Below are positions 7,980-16,358 of a stretch of DNA of 32,000 bases, one piece after another. The stretch lies in assembly GCF_000145295.1 (NCBI RefSeq), contig NC_014408.1:1572794-1604793 (forward strand), in the 5' to 3' direction. Within the stretch, counting starts at the first letter, position 1, and each line of letters begins with the position of its first letter. This stretch comes from Methanothermobacter marburgensis str. Marburg (GTDB lineage Archaea; Methanobacteriota; Methanobacteria; Methanobacteriales; Methanothermobacteraceae). The position numbers and the translations under genes are program-made. The notes below the pieces were generated by a model. The model was not told where the DNA came from, searched no databases, and worked only from the letters and a program-made list of their open reading frames with translations.

Positions 7980-8302
7980 TGGGTTCTGTGGGGTTCCTTG
8001 TAACTAAAAGTCCATCTGAACTGGGTTTCAGGACATTCCTTGACCTTGTGGGGATATGGAGGGAGGATGAACTCACCGTGTACCTCATATCCAGTGGTGT
8101 GTATGCTGCAATGAAAAAAAACAGGTATTCCCACACCATCAGAGAACTGTCAGAGACCGAGGCTGTTTTTGCAAGGAAGGAGGATCTAATGGCAAGGGGC
8201 ATAACCCGTGACATGCTCATTGATGGTGTGGAAATACTTGAGGGTTTTGACAGGATAGTTGTGGATATCATGGAGAAGCACCGGATGGTCTTCACCATCT
8301 AA
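7979..8302 (+). CDS. DsrH/TusB-like sulfur-relay subunit
   Basis: EDLMARGIT...IVVDIMEKH...FTI aligns by eye with E. coli TusB EDLIARGLT...FVRLTVKH...MAW. I prefer the ATG at 7979, which overlaps the upstream TGA (7977-7979), over the ORF-track GTG at 7964. Confidence 0.7.
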   Translation: MGSVGFLVTKSPSELGFRTFLDLVGIWREDELTVYLISSGVYAAMKKNRYSHTIRELSETEAVFARKEDLMARGITRDMLIDGVEILEGFDRIVVDIMEKHRMVFTI

Positions 8303-8376
8303 TCCTCTGGTTTTACAGGTTTTCTTGCACCCCTTATACCTCCACGGGAGACCATGATTTCACCTCCATTCTGTTA

Positions 8377-10332
8377 TCATAAACCAGTCAGAGTACCTGC
8401 CGTGTAGACAAGGAATGACGCAATCCAGGCAACCAGCAGGGAATATGCGGGGGAGAAGAGGGCCCATTTTGTACCGGCCTCCTGCTTTATTACGGCAAGT
8501 GTTGCGAGGCAGGGGGTGTAGAGCAGTATGAATACCATGAAGGAGAAGGCCTCCAGTGGCGTGAATATCCCCTGAATGGTTGCTGCAACATCACCGGTGC
8601 CGTATACCGTCCCGAAGGTGCTTATTACAAGTTCCTTTGCGGCAAACCCGAATATGATTGCAACCGCGGACTGCCAGTCCCCGAAGCCCAGTGGCTGGAA
8701 GATGGGTGCTATCATGGACCCTGTAATCCCCAGGATTGATGATGAAACGTTCCCTCCCGGGAAGTTCGAGAGGAACCATATCACCAGTGAACCTGCCAGT
8801 ATGATGGTCCCAGCCCTCTTTATAAACTGAACACCCCTCATGTAGGTGTGGATGAGAAGTGCCTTAAGTCTTGGAAGCCTGTAGGGTGGAAGCTCCATGA
8901 GGAAGAGTGAACCTTCACCCTCCAAGATTCTATCACCGAGTAAGCGGGCGGTCAGTATGGCCACCACTATCCCGAGAATGTAAAGTGAGAATATCACCCA
9001 GCCCTGGTAGATAACCGGGAAGAGGGCTGCTGTGAATAGCACATAGACAGGGAGCCTTGCGCTGCATGACATGAAGGGCACTATTAGTGCCGTTATTATC
9101 CTCTCCCTCTCAGAGTCTATCGTTCTTGTGGCCATGACGCCCGGTACGCAGCATCCGAAACCCAGCACCATGGGGATGAATGACCTTCCACTGAGGCCCC
9201 CCAGGGTGTTCATCACACGATCCATGACAAATGCAGCCCTGGCAAGGTAACCTGAATCCTCAAGGAAGGACAGGAGGAAGAAGAGGATGAATATGTTGGG
9301 TATGAATACCAGGACCGACCCTACACCACCTATCACCCCATCAGATAGAAGGGATGCCAGGATAGAATCACCCATGACGCCATGAACCGCATCTGCAAGG
9401 TATGAAAAGGCGGAATCCAGCAGGTCTGTCAGTGGGGCCCCTGCAGTGAATGTCAGCTGAAAAATCAGCCACATCACCCCAAGGAGTACCGGAAGGCCAA
9501 GGTACCTGTTGAGCGCAATTCTGTCAATAATCTCTGAACCTGTAACCCGATCCACCGGTGGCTTTCTGAGTGTACTCTCAAGGAGGGCCTCTATAAGCCC
9601 ATACCTGGCATCGGATACAATCACGTCGGCCTTCACAGAGTATTCATCCTCAAGGATCCTGCGAATCCTCCTGAATTCATCATGAATTTCCTCTCCGACC
9701 ATTGAGACCACCCTCTCATCGCCCTCAAGGAGCTTTATTATGATCCATTGCGGTGGAACTTTGAGTTCGCTACCCCTGATGAGTTCATATAATCTGTTCA
9801 GAGATTCATGTCTCAGGAATTCATATCCGGGGATCCTGGGTTCACCTTTACTCCATTCGATTACCCCTTCAAGGAGCTCATCCTGCTCGCCTTCAGTTGC
9901 CTCGATCCTCACAACAGGCACGCCAAGGAGTTCCTCAAGCTTCCCATAATCCAGACTGTAACCCCTCCTCTCAGCCTCCCGATTGAGGTTCACTGCGATG
10001 ATGGTGTTAAGGCCAAACTCCATTATCTGGAGGGCCAGGTAAAGGTTTCTTTCGAGATTGGATGCATCGACAACGTTTATCACAAGATCCGGAGACTCCT
10101 CAAGGAGGTAATCAATCACCACCTCCTCCTCTGGAGAACCAGCTGCAAGGCTGTAGGTTCCAGGGAGATCTATGACCTCAATGTCACATCCCCTGAAGTG
10201 CAGGTATCCCTCCTTCTTTTCAACGGTTTTACCTGGCCAGTTGCCGACGTGCTGATTTAGACCTGTGAGGCTGTTGAATAGGGTGCTCTTACCCACATTC
10301 GGGTTTCCTGCAAGGGCTATCATCAGTGACAA
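8377..10332 (-). CDS. feoB: Ferrous iron transporter FeoB (N-terminal G-domain plus polytopic membrane domain)
   Basis: G1 motif GNPNVGKST, G3 motif DLPGTYSL, and a long hydrophobic C-terminal part. The start is either TTG at 10332 (AGGAGA 7 nt upstream) or ATG at 10323. Confidence 0.9.
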   Translation of the reverse strand: MSLMIALAGNPNVGKSTLFNSLTGLNQHVGNWPGKTVEKKEGYLHFRGCDIEVIDLPGTYSLAAGSPEEEVVIDYLLEESPDLVINVVDASNLERNLYLALQIMEFGLNTIIAVNLNREAERRGYSLDYGKLEELLGVPVVRIEATEGEQDELLEGVIEWSKGEPRIPGYEFLRHESLNRLYELIRGSELKVPPQWIIIKLLEGDERVVSMVGEEIHDEFRRIRRILEDEYSVKADVIVSDARYGLIEALLESTLRKPPVDRVTGSEIIDRIALNRYLGLPVLLGVMWLIFQLTFTAGAPLTDLLDSAFSYLADAVHGVMGDSILASLLSDGVIGGVGSVLVFIPNIFILFFLLSFLEDSGYLARAAFVMDRVMNTLGGLSGRSFIPMVLGFGCCVPGVMATRTIDSERERIITALIVPFMSCSARLPVYVLFTAALFPVIYQGWVIFSLYILGIVVAILTARLLGDRILEGEGSLFLMELPPYRLPRLKALLIHTYMRGVQFIKRAGTIILAGSLVIWFLSNFPGGNVSSSILGITGSMIAPIFQPLGFGDWQSAVAIIFGFAAKELVISTFGTVYGTGDVAATIQGIFTPLEAFSFMVFILLYTPCLATLAVIKQEAGTKWALFSPAYSLLVAWIASFLVYTAGTLTGL

Positions 10333-10333
10333 G

Positions 10334-10564
10334 CTAATCTCTCCTTACCCTTATCCTTGAGGCCTCCTCCCTGCGGATGGATAAGGGGTGGCCCCTGACC
10401 CTCACCTTGAGGGGGTCGCCGAGGGGTGCAACCTTTTCAAGGGTTACCCTGGACCCCCTGACGATCCCCATCACCGTGAACCTGTGCTTTATCTTACCAG
10501 TAATGTCAACTGAGGTGACCGTTACCATCTCTGATTCGGATATTCTGTCGAGTGTAGTTTCCAT
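10334..10564 (-). CDS. feoA: FeoA (small SH3-like ferrous iron transport protein)
   Basis: 76 aa with the typical FeoA pattern GIVRGSRVTLEKVAPLGDPLKVRVRGHPLSIRREEASRIRV. SD GGTGGTG lies upstream. The stop lies 1 nt from the feoB TTG start. Confidence 0.85.
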   Translation of the reverse strand: METTLDRISESEMVTVTSVDITGKIKHRFTVMGIVRGSRVTLEKVAPLGDPLKVRVRGHPLSIRREEASRIRVRRD

Positions 10565-10650
10565 GACACCACCTTTTTAGGTATTCCTAAACTTTAGTTA
10601 TACCTAAACTCCCATCACATATAAATTTTTAGGTTTTCCTAAAATGGGTT
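10565..10650 (-). promoter_or_regulatory. feoAB promoter with three 14-bp palindromes TTAGG-N4-CCTAA (iron-box-like operators)
   Basis: The sites are TTAGGTATTCCTAA at 10577-10590, TTAGTTATACCTAA at 10594-10607 and TTAGGTTTTCCTAA at 10629-10642. The minus-strand TATA TTTATATG corresponds to 10618-10625. One site abuts the BRE/TATA, one covers the expected transcription start, and one lies in the leader. Confidence 0.6.
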
Positions 10651-10670
10651 TCATGAGGGTGAAAAATCAG

Positions 10671-10696
10671 ACATCAAAAAAATAAAAAATAGGGGT
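10671..10696 (-). terminator. Oligo-T terminator downstream of the CobN-like gene
   Basis: The minus strand reads TATTTTTTATTTTTTTGATG immediately after the stop at 10697. The plus-strand A-runs lie at 10675-10690. Confidence 0.5.
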
Positions 10697-13600
10697 TTAA
10701 TTTCTTCCCTGATAGAAATACCCTGCTCCAAGGAGGCATACAATTCCTATGATGCCAGCAAGAGCATAAAATGGTGTCTGGGTGCTTGCTGAACCGCTCT
10801 GACTTGAAGCAGCAACCTCATAGGCCTTACCTGACTCACCGGCAGGTTCCGACTGTGAAACCTCACTGGCCTCAGATGACTCACCAGAACTGGCAGCCTC
10901 ACTGGGTGTGGAACCTGATATTCCACCGGATGAACCTGATGACGGTGCACCGGTTTCACCAGCACCAAGACCATCATCCCTCCCTGTGGAGGTATCAGAC
11001 CCGGTATCAGATCCCGGTACATCAATGGATTTGCCTGTGGCTGCAGCCATTGCACTTGCAAACTTCCTCAGGGCAGCCTGATTAAGGGAAGAGAGTTTCA
11101 CAACCCACTCATTGAAGACGATGTTGGCACAGGTATGGTGACAGCAGACAACACCATACTCATTGACCGCCGAGATATACTCATCTGCAAGCCTCTGAAG
11201 CGTTGTTGAATCAGTCCTCCACAGGCCCCTTCTGCTGGCCTCAAGAAGCCATGCCACGGTGGAGGCATACGAGTAGGGCTGAACACTCCTGAACCTGTCC
11301 CTCACAGAGGAATCAAGGACATAGGTCTCGGCGACCCTCTGCCACATCCAGTCCTGTACAAGTTCAGGTGTGACTGCGCTCCACCCGAAGAGGTGTCCTA
11401 TCTCCTTTGAGATCTGATGACCCCCTGAGAATCCCTGGCTTAGCATTCCCTCAATCCACTTTGGGTTGTAGGTCCTTGTCCTCAGTTCAGCTGCAAGGAA
11501 ATCTGAGAGTGTCTCAATCCTCGGGGCGAACCTTGTGTTGGCAATGTAGGATGCAACATTCTTACCTGACATTGCCCTTGAAGCCATTGTGAGCCCTCCG
11601 AGGTACTGGTAGACATCATCGTTGTCCAGGACCCCGTAGACACTGTCCCTCACCTGCACGGTTGCATCTACATTTGATAGCTGCTTCATGAAGACCTCCT
11701 TTGCATCAATGGCGTATATGTCCTTTCCATAGATGAATCCCATGTGGTTAAGGTAGGTTTCAACAAGCTGTGACTGGTTGTTCCACTTGGCAGTGGACTC
11801 AACAACAGCAGGTATCCCTGTACCGTAACTTCCAGGTGCGCTGCCGAATATCCTTGCCCCTGCAAGTGTATCTGCCATTGGCAGACCCCTGGCGGTGTAA
11901 TTCGTGAGATCCTGAAGGTAGTGTTTTCTGAGATAGTTCTGGTTCACCGGTTCATCCAGTTTCATCACAAGCCTTATTGCCTCGTCCATCCTGTCTATGC
12001 TGTAGGCAAAGGTATCCCTGAAGAGCCCGCTGATGGTTACAAGGACATCGATCCTTGGCCTTCCCAGGGTTGCGAGGGGGGTCACGTTGATCCCTGTGAA
12101 TCTTCCTGACTTATCCCATACCGGCTCAGCACCTATCAGTCTCAGCACCATGGCTATTGTCTGTCCATTGGTCCTCATGGTTTCAATGGCCCAGAGAACA
12201 ACCCCAACGGTTTCAGGGTACCTGCCGTTCTTTGCAAGGTAGTCTGCTATGAGATCATCGGCCATCTTCTTACCGATCTCCCATGCAGCCCTATCCGGTG
12301 CCAGTCTGGGGTCAAATGAGTAGGAGTTTTTACCAGTCGGCAGGAGATCGGGTATCCTGATGGGGTCGGCGCCTCTTCCCGGCTCAACGAATCTGCCTTC
12401 AAGGGCCCTCAGGAGATTGCTGATCTCACAGTCACTGGCCAGCTTCTCCCTTATGGCGTTCCTGAACTCTGTGGTGTTACGTGTCGCCGGGTCAAAGCTC
12501 ACAATGGCCTCAACCATTGCATCAAGTAGCTGGCCGCTCAGTGGTTCTCCGAATACATGCAGACCGTAGGGTATCAGTGTTGCTGAGAGTTCATCGAGTC
12601 TGTGTTCGATCCTGTCAAGTGCCTCCTCAAAGGATGCGTTGAGGTCAAGGTTCAGTTCCCTGTGAAGGTCCAGCTTCACCGTGAGGTTCCTTATCTCATC
12701 TGCGATTATCAGTTTCCTCTGGGGATCCTCTGATGAGTGGTAGCTGTTGATCTTGTGCTGGAGTTCAGCCAGGTCTCCGTAGAGTTCGCCCACGACCATG
12801 GGTGGAATGTTGTGGTTGATGAGCACCGCATATCCCCTCCTCTTGGCCTGTGTTCCCTCACCGGGGTTGTTGACGATGTAGGGGTAGATGTGGGGAAGGT
12901 CACCTATCATGACGTCTGGCCAGTCAAGTGAGGAGAGTCCAACAGATTTGCCTGGCAGCCACTCAAGGGTTCCGTGTGTTCCAAGGTGTATAACTGCATT
13001 GAAGTTCTTCTGAAGCCACAGGTAGAATGCCAGGTACTGGTGGTGGGGTGGGAGCGTGGTTGAGTGTATGAGGTCAGCTGCGTCCTCGCCAAAACCGCGC
13101 ATTGGCTGTGGCCCAAGGAATACGTTTCCCAGCATCACACCGGGTATCACGATGCTGCCATTGTATACCATCACGTTTCCTGGCGCTGGCCCCCAGGTTG
13201 CTGTTATGTTGTTCCTGAGGGCTTCAGGAAGGAGGCTGAACCATGCCATGTATTCTGATACGGGTATGGTTACTGCACCTGCCTTCACAACCTTTGCAAG
13301 TTCCCCTGGGGCCCATGATCCCACATTGAGGCCCGGTCCAAGGAGTATGTTGATTACCTCTGCAGTTGACTTTTCATCCACTGTGTAACCTGCTGCCTTC
13401 AGGGCCCTCAGTATCGTGCTTATGCTCTCTGGTACGTTGAGGTAGCTGGCACTGATACCATCCTTACCGCCCCCTATGTTGTAGTAGATGAGGGCTATCT
13501 TCTTCTCTGAGTTTGAAAGTTCCCTCAGTTTCACCCAGTTGATCATCCTCTCTGTGAGCCTCTCTATCCTGTCGGGTATGGGTACGTAGTACGTGTACCT

Positions 13601-14701
13601 CAGGCCTGTCTCCGGGTCAACCATCTCAACGCCGCCGCCGATCATGATGGGCTCTATTCTCCCATCAATCTCTGGGAGGGCTATCTGCCAGTAGACCTCG
13701 GATGAGAGTCCTGATATGCTCTCGTTCCATGTTTTGAGGTTTGACGCATATACCGCTGAGAGTGCGGGTACATCAAGTTCCCTCAGTATGCTGGTGGAGT
13801 TCACCGGATCCCCGTTATAGAGGTTGAACCCCATACAGGTTATGAGGCCACTTATCCTTGGTGTTCTGTTGCCATCCAGGAAGAACTTCTCTATGACATT
13901 CCTCTTTGTTGGTGTGTCCGCTGCAAATCCAAGCATCACATTGTAGCCCTTGCGCTCGAGGCTCTCAACTATCGCAGTGTGCATCCTCATGTCGCTTCCA
14001 CGGTAGTAGGTGTCAAAGGTCAGGATCCCTATCCATGGTTTTCCCGGCTTGTAGTGTCCGCTCTGCACATACCATGAATAGTACTGGTCCCAGCTGGTGA
14101 ACTGCTGTGCTGATTCAGGATGGTAGACAAAGGATTTTATGGCTGGAATTGCTGTGAGGTTCTCCCCTGGTCTGAGCTTCATCCCTGCATCCCTCAGAAG
14201 GAGAAGCATCATCCTCCTGAAATTTTCAGGGCCCCCCTGGTCCCATATATTCTTAACAGTTGCATTGTCCTCGCCTATCTGGGGATAGCTCTTGAATGTG
14301 TTCCCTGTTCCTATGGCTATGATCCTTCTTGCTGATGTGACGTTGAGGATCTGGTTGACCTTTGCAACCGTGTTTGGACTGCTTATCATCTGTATAAGTA
14401 TCACGTCGGCCCTTCTGCCAGCTTCAATGGCTGCTGCATCGATCTGCGGGTCGTTTCTCAGGAGTTCATCATTGGTGAACATTGAGAGGTTGAATCTGTA
14501 GCCGTTCTGGCCTGCCAGTTTATACCCCTCCACTATCGCCTTTGTACTGGATGTTGACCCGGTCAGTATCAGAAGGTTGTAGTGGGATGAGTTCTCTGCA
14601 ATAACGTCTCCCGTGGTGTTGCTGCTGTTATCCGCTGCTGAAACACCTCCTGTAAACATGAGTGCAATGATTAGAATTAATGGAATCACTGATCTTCTCA
14701 T
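10697..14701 (-). CDS. CobN / Mg-chelatase H family protein with an N-terminal signal peptide, a C-terminal Ser/Gly/Glu-rich linker and a membrane anchor
   Basis: 1334 aa with the CobN/ChlH signature IHLGTHGTLEWLPGK. The N-terminus MRRSVIPLILIIALMFTGGVSA-AD looks like a signal peptide. The C-terminus has a roughly 100-aa low-complexity S/G/E/T stretch followed by FYALAGIIGIVCLLGAGYFYQGRN. SD GGAGGTGA lies at 14706-14713. Confidence 0.85.
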   Translation of the reverse strand: MRRSVIPLILIIALMFTGGVSAADNSSNTTGDVIAENSSHYNLLILTGSTSSTKAIVEGYKLAGQNGYRFNLSMFTNDELLRNDPQIDAAAIEAGRRADVILIQMISSPNTVAKVNQILNVTSARRIIAIGTGNTFKSYPQIGEDNATVKNIWDQGGPENFRRMMLLLLRDAGMKLRPGENLTAIPAIKSFVYHPESAQQFTSWDQYYSWYVQSGHYKPGKPWIGILTFDTYYRGSDMRMHTAIVESLERKGYNVMLGFAADTPTKRNVIEKFFLDGNRTPRISGLITCMGFNLYNGDPVNSTSILRELDVPALSAVYASNLKTWNESISGLSSEVYWQIALPEIDGRIEPIMIGGGVEMVDPETGLRYTYYVPIPDRIERLTERMINWVKLRELSNSEKKIALIYYNIGGGKDGISASYLNVPESISTILRALKAAGYTVDEKSTAEVINILLGPGLNVGSWAPGELAKVVKAGAVTIPVSEYMAWFSLLPEALRNNITATWGPAPGNVMVYNGSIVIPGVMLGNVFLGPQPMRGFGEDAADLIHSTTLPPHHQYLAFYLWLQKNFNAVIHLGTHGTLEWLPGKSVGLSSLDWPDVMIGDLPHIYPYIVNNPGEGTQAKRRGYAVLINHNIPPMVVGELYGDLAELQHKINSYHSSEDPQRKLIIADEIRNLTVKLDLHRELNLDLNASFEEALDRIEHRLDELSATLIPYGLHVFGEPLSGQLLDAMVEAIVSFDPATRNTTEFRNAIREKLASDCEISNLLRALEGRFVEPGRGADPIRIPDLLPTGKNSYSFDPRLAPDRAAWEIGKKMADDLIADYLAKNGRYPETVGVVLWAIETMRTNGQTIAMVLRLIGAEPVWDKSGRFTGINVTPLATLGRPRIDVLVTISGLFRDTFAYSIDRMDEAIRLVMKLDEPVNQNYLRKHYLQDLTNYTARGLPMADTLAGARIFGSAPGSYGTGIPAVVESTAKWNNQSQLVETYLNHMGFIYGKDIYAIDAKEVFMKQLSNVDATVQVRDSVYGVLDNDDVYQYLGGLTMASRAMSGKNVASYIANTRFAPRIETLSDFLAAELRTRTYNPKWIEGMLSQGFSGGHQISKEIGHLFGWSAVTPELVQDWMWQRVAETYVLDSSVRDRFRSVQPYSYASTVAWLLEASRRGLWRTDSTTLQRLADEYISAVNEYGVVCCHHTCANIVFNEWVVKLSSLNQAALRKFASAMAAATGKSIDVPGSDTGSDTSTGRDDGLGAGETGAPSSGSSGGISGSTPSEAASSGESSEASEVSQSEPAGESGKAYEVAASSQSGSASTQTPFYALAGIIGIVCLLGAGYFYQGRN

Positions 14702-14790
14702 ATTCTCACCTCCATTTAATTTTATTTTAAATCAAATATTGTTGAATTAAGATTTATATAAAATTTGCTTTAATAAAAATAAAAATTATT
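14702..14790 (-). promoter_or_regulatory. Promoter and RBS region of the CobN-like gene
   Basis: SD GGAGGTGA (plus coordinates 14706-14713) lies 4 nt from the ATG. The minus-strand TATA-like TTTTATATAAAT corresponds to about 14753-14764 in a very AT-rich tract. Confidence 0.45.
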
Positions 14791-14937
14791 TTAATATGCT
14801 GTGTATCTGAATTTGATACCTGGCAGCCGTCAATGGCTCAAAAAAGATGAGTATCTTATCTGCAGATTCATGATCAAAGAGGGCCCGCTGGTGTGCTTTA
14901 CAAAAATAATATCCTATCCGCAGCTAAATCAGATCAC

Positions 14938-15093
14938 ATGAAGAAAAAGAAGAAGATGGTGGGCGTGAGGTGCCAGTGCCACGAACCCCCGGCCAGGGAG
15001 AGCGGCATGAGGACTGTTATGTGTCCCCGCTGCGGTAAGATATACAGGACCGATAAGGAAGACGATCTCTGCTTCAGCTGCCAGAGGCGCTGA
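14938..15093 (+). CDS. Small Lys-rich, Cys-rich zinc-ribbon protein (hypothetical)
   Basis: 51 aa from the ATG at 14938: MKKKKKMVGVRCQCHEPPARESGMRTVMCPRCGKIYRTDKEDDLCFSCQRR, with CxC, CPRC and CFSC pairs. An AT-rich box AAAAATAATAT at about 14902-14912 lies inside the ORF-track extension, so the GTG at 14893 is unlikely to be the start. Confidence 0.45.
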   Translation: MKKKKKMVGVRCQCHEPPARESGMRTVMCPRCGKIYRTDKEDDLCFSCQRR

Positions 15094-15126
15094 TCAGAAC
15101 TCGGTCTACAGCGTATAGCTCAGCTA

Positions 15127-16284
15127 TCAGAACATCATCAGAATACCGCGCCCTGTACCCCAGATTATACTCACCGCTATGATGAGTATAACAAATATGG
15201 AGACATAGCTGACCGCCGGTTTAACAATCCTCTCCGGTAACCTGTAGCGCAGGAGCTCCTCAAACATGAGGCCTCCATCAAGGGGCTTGGCAGGTAGAAG
15301 GTTAACCGTACCCACCGCGAAGTTCAGGAAGAATATCCAGAAGAAGAGCTCCTCCAGGTAGGTGAGGGCAAATGGAAGGGTACCTCCAAAGACCGATGCC
15401 ACAGACTCCCTCACCTTCAGGTGGTTGCTGGTTCTGATACCCATGTAGGCCCTGCTTGAGTTGTTGGGGTTTCTGCCTGTCTTAAGCCTGAATGTCCCCT
15501 GATCAGTGTCTATTGTGATAACCTCACCAACCCGTATCCTCTTAAGGGCCATTCCATAGGTGGTGAGGTTTGTGGTTGGCATTCCATTTATGCTCTCAAT
15601 GACGAGGCCCGGTTTGAGGACCTCGCTTGCAGGACTTCCAGGGACCACACTGTCTATCTGAACACCGTCGGCCTGGAAGGCAGCGGGCATGGCATATGCT
15701 GAAATACCAAAGAATAGTGCAAAGCATATACCTGCAAGTATGAGGTTCGCCACTGATCCGGCGGCATATATCCTCAGCTTTGAGATGGGGCTCACCTTCT
15801 TGATGTCATCCTCGTCAGGTTCAACGAAAGCGCCCGGAAGTATTGCCAGAAGAAGGAGGCCAATGGATTTTATACGGACCCCCTCAACCCTTGCAAGTAT
15901 CCCATGGGCGAATTCATGCACCACTATGACCGTGGCAAGGCCCACTATACCGTAACCCAGAGGCACGTAAACCGGTGATCCCGGTATGTCAACACCCGGC
16001 ACGATGAGTGAAGCCTGTGGAGTCACGAATATGTTCTGAAGGGACATCACCATGAGGTAGAGCATGTAGAACATGAAGAAGAACGCCACAGGGATGCCCG
16101 CATTCAGTATCCACCTCCAGAGTCTTGGGTGGCCTGACGCTATGCTGTCGATGAATCCCCTCATCCTCTTTGTTCTCCTCAGGAGGAGAGGTCCCTGTAT
16201 CTCAATCTTGAGTCTGTCCCTGAAAAGAACAGCGAGTGTCCATATCAGGATAAATGCGATGACGTAAAACCACAGTGCATTCAT
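15127..16284 (-). CDS. Site-2 protease family (M50) intramembrane metalloprotease with an inserted PDZ domain
   Basis: HEFAHG (HExxH) and NLLPAKPLDGG (NxxPxxxLDG) motifs, with a PDZ-like segment VVPGSPASEVLKPGLVIESINGMP between hydrophobic blocks. I prefer the ATG at 16284 (AGGTG 9 nt upstream). The ORF-track GTG is at 16296. Confidence 0.85.
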   Translation of the reverse strand: MNALWFYVIAFILIWTLAVLFRDRLKIEIQGPLLLRRTKRMRGFIDSIASGHPRLWRWILNAGIPVAFFFMFYMLYLMVMSLQNIFVTPQASLIVPGVDIPGSPVYVPLGYGIVGLATVIVVHEFAHGILARVEGVRIKSIGLLLLAILPGAFVEPDEDDIKKVSPISKLRIYAAGSVANLILAGICFALFFGISAYAMPAAFQADGVQIDSVVPGSPASEVLKPGLVIESINGMPTTNLTTYGMALKRIRVGEVITIDTDQGTFRLKTGRNPNNSSRAYMGIRTSNHLKVRESVASVFGGTLPFALTYLEELFFWIFFLNFAVGTVNLLPAKPLDGGLMFEELLRYRLPERIVKPAVSYVSIFVILIIAVSIIWGTGRGILMMF

Positions 16285-16358
16285 ATTACATAACACCTGT
16301 TTTAATGGTTGTTGAAGCGGTCATATAAAAGCTCCCATTTATATGTGCTGGCAGGGTT

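Noticed and set aside
10697-10790. Possible archaeosortase (PGF-CTERM-type) sorting signal at the C-terminus of the CobN-like protein.
   Set aside because: The tail has the general shape of a low-complexity linker, a TM helix and basic residues. However, it reads TPFYALAG..., not a PGF or other sorting tripeptide I can recognise. I report only a C-terminal membrane anchor.
10747-11085. Two overlapping ORFs of about 104 aa on both strands within the 3' end of the CobN-like gene.
   Set aside because: They coincide with the repetitive Ser/Gly/Glu-rich linker coding region (for example, the tandem CCGGTATCAGA unit encoding GSDTGSDT). Open frames there are a by-product of low-complexity sequence.
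15127-16296. A functional pairing of the S2P protease with the convergent zinc-ribbon ORF, analogous to bacterial zinc-binding anti-sigma factor substrates.
   Set aside because: The genes are convergent rather than co-transcribed, and the small protein has no predicted TM segment for intramembrane cleavage. This is pure speculation without support in the sequence.
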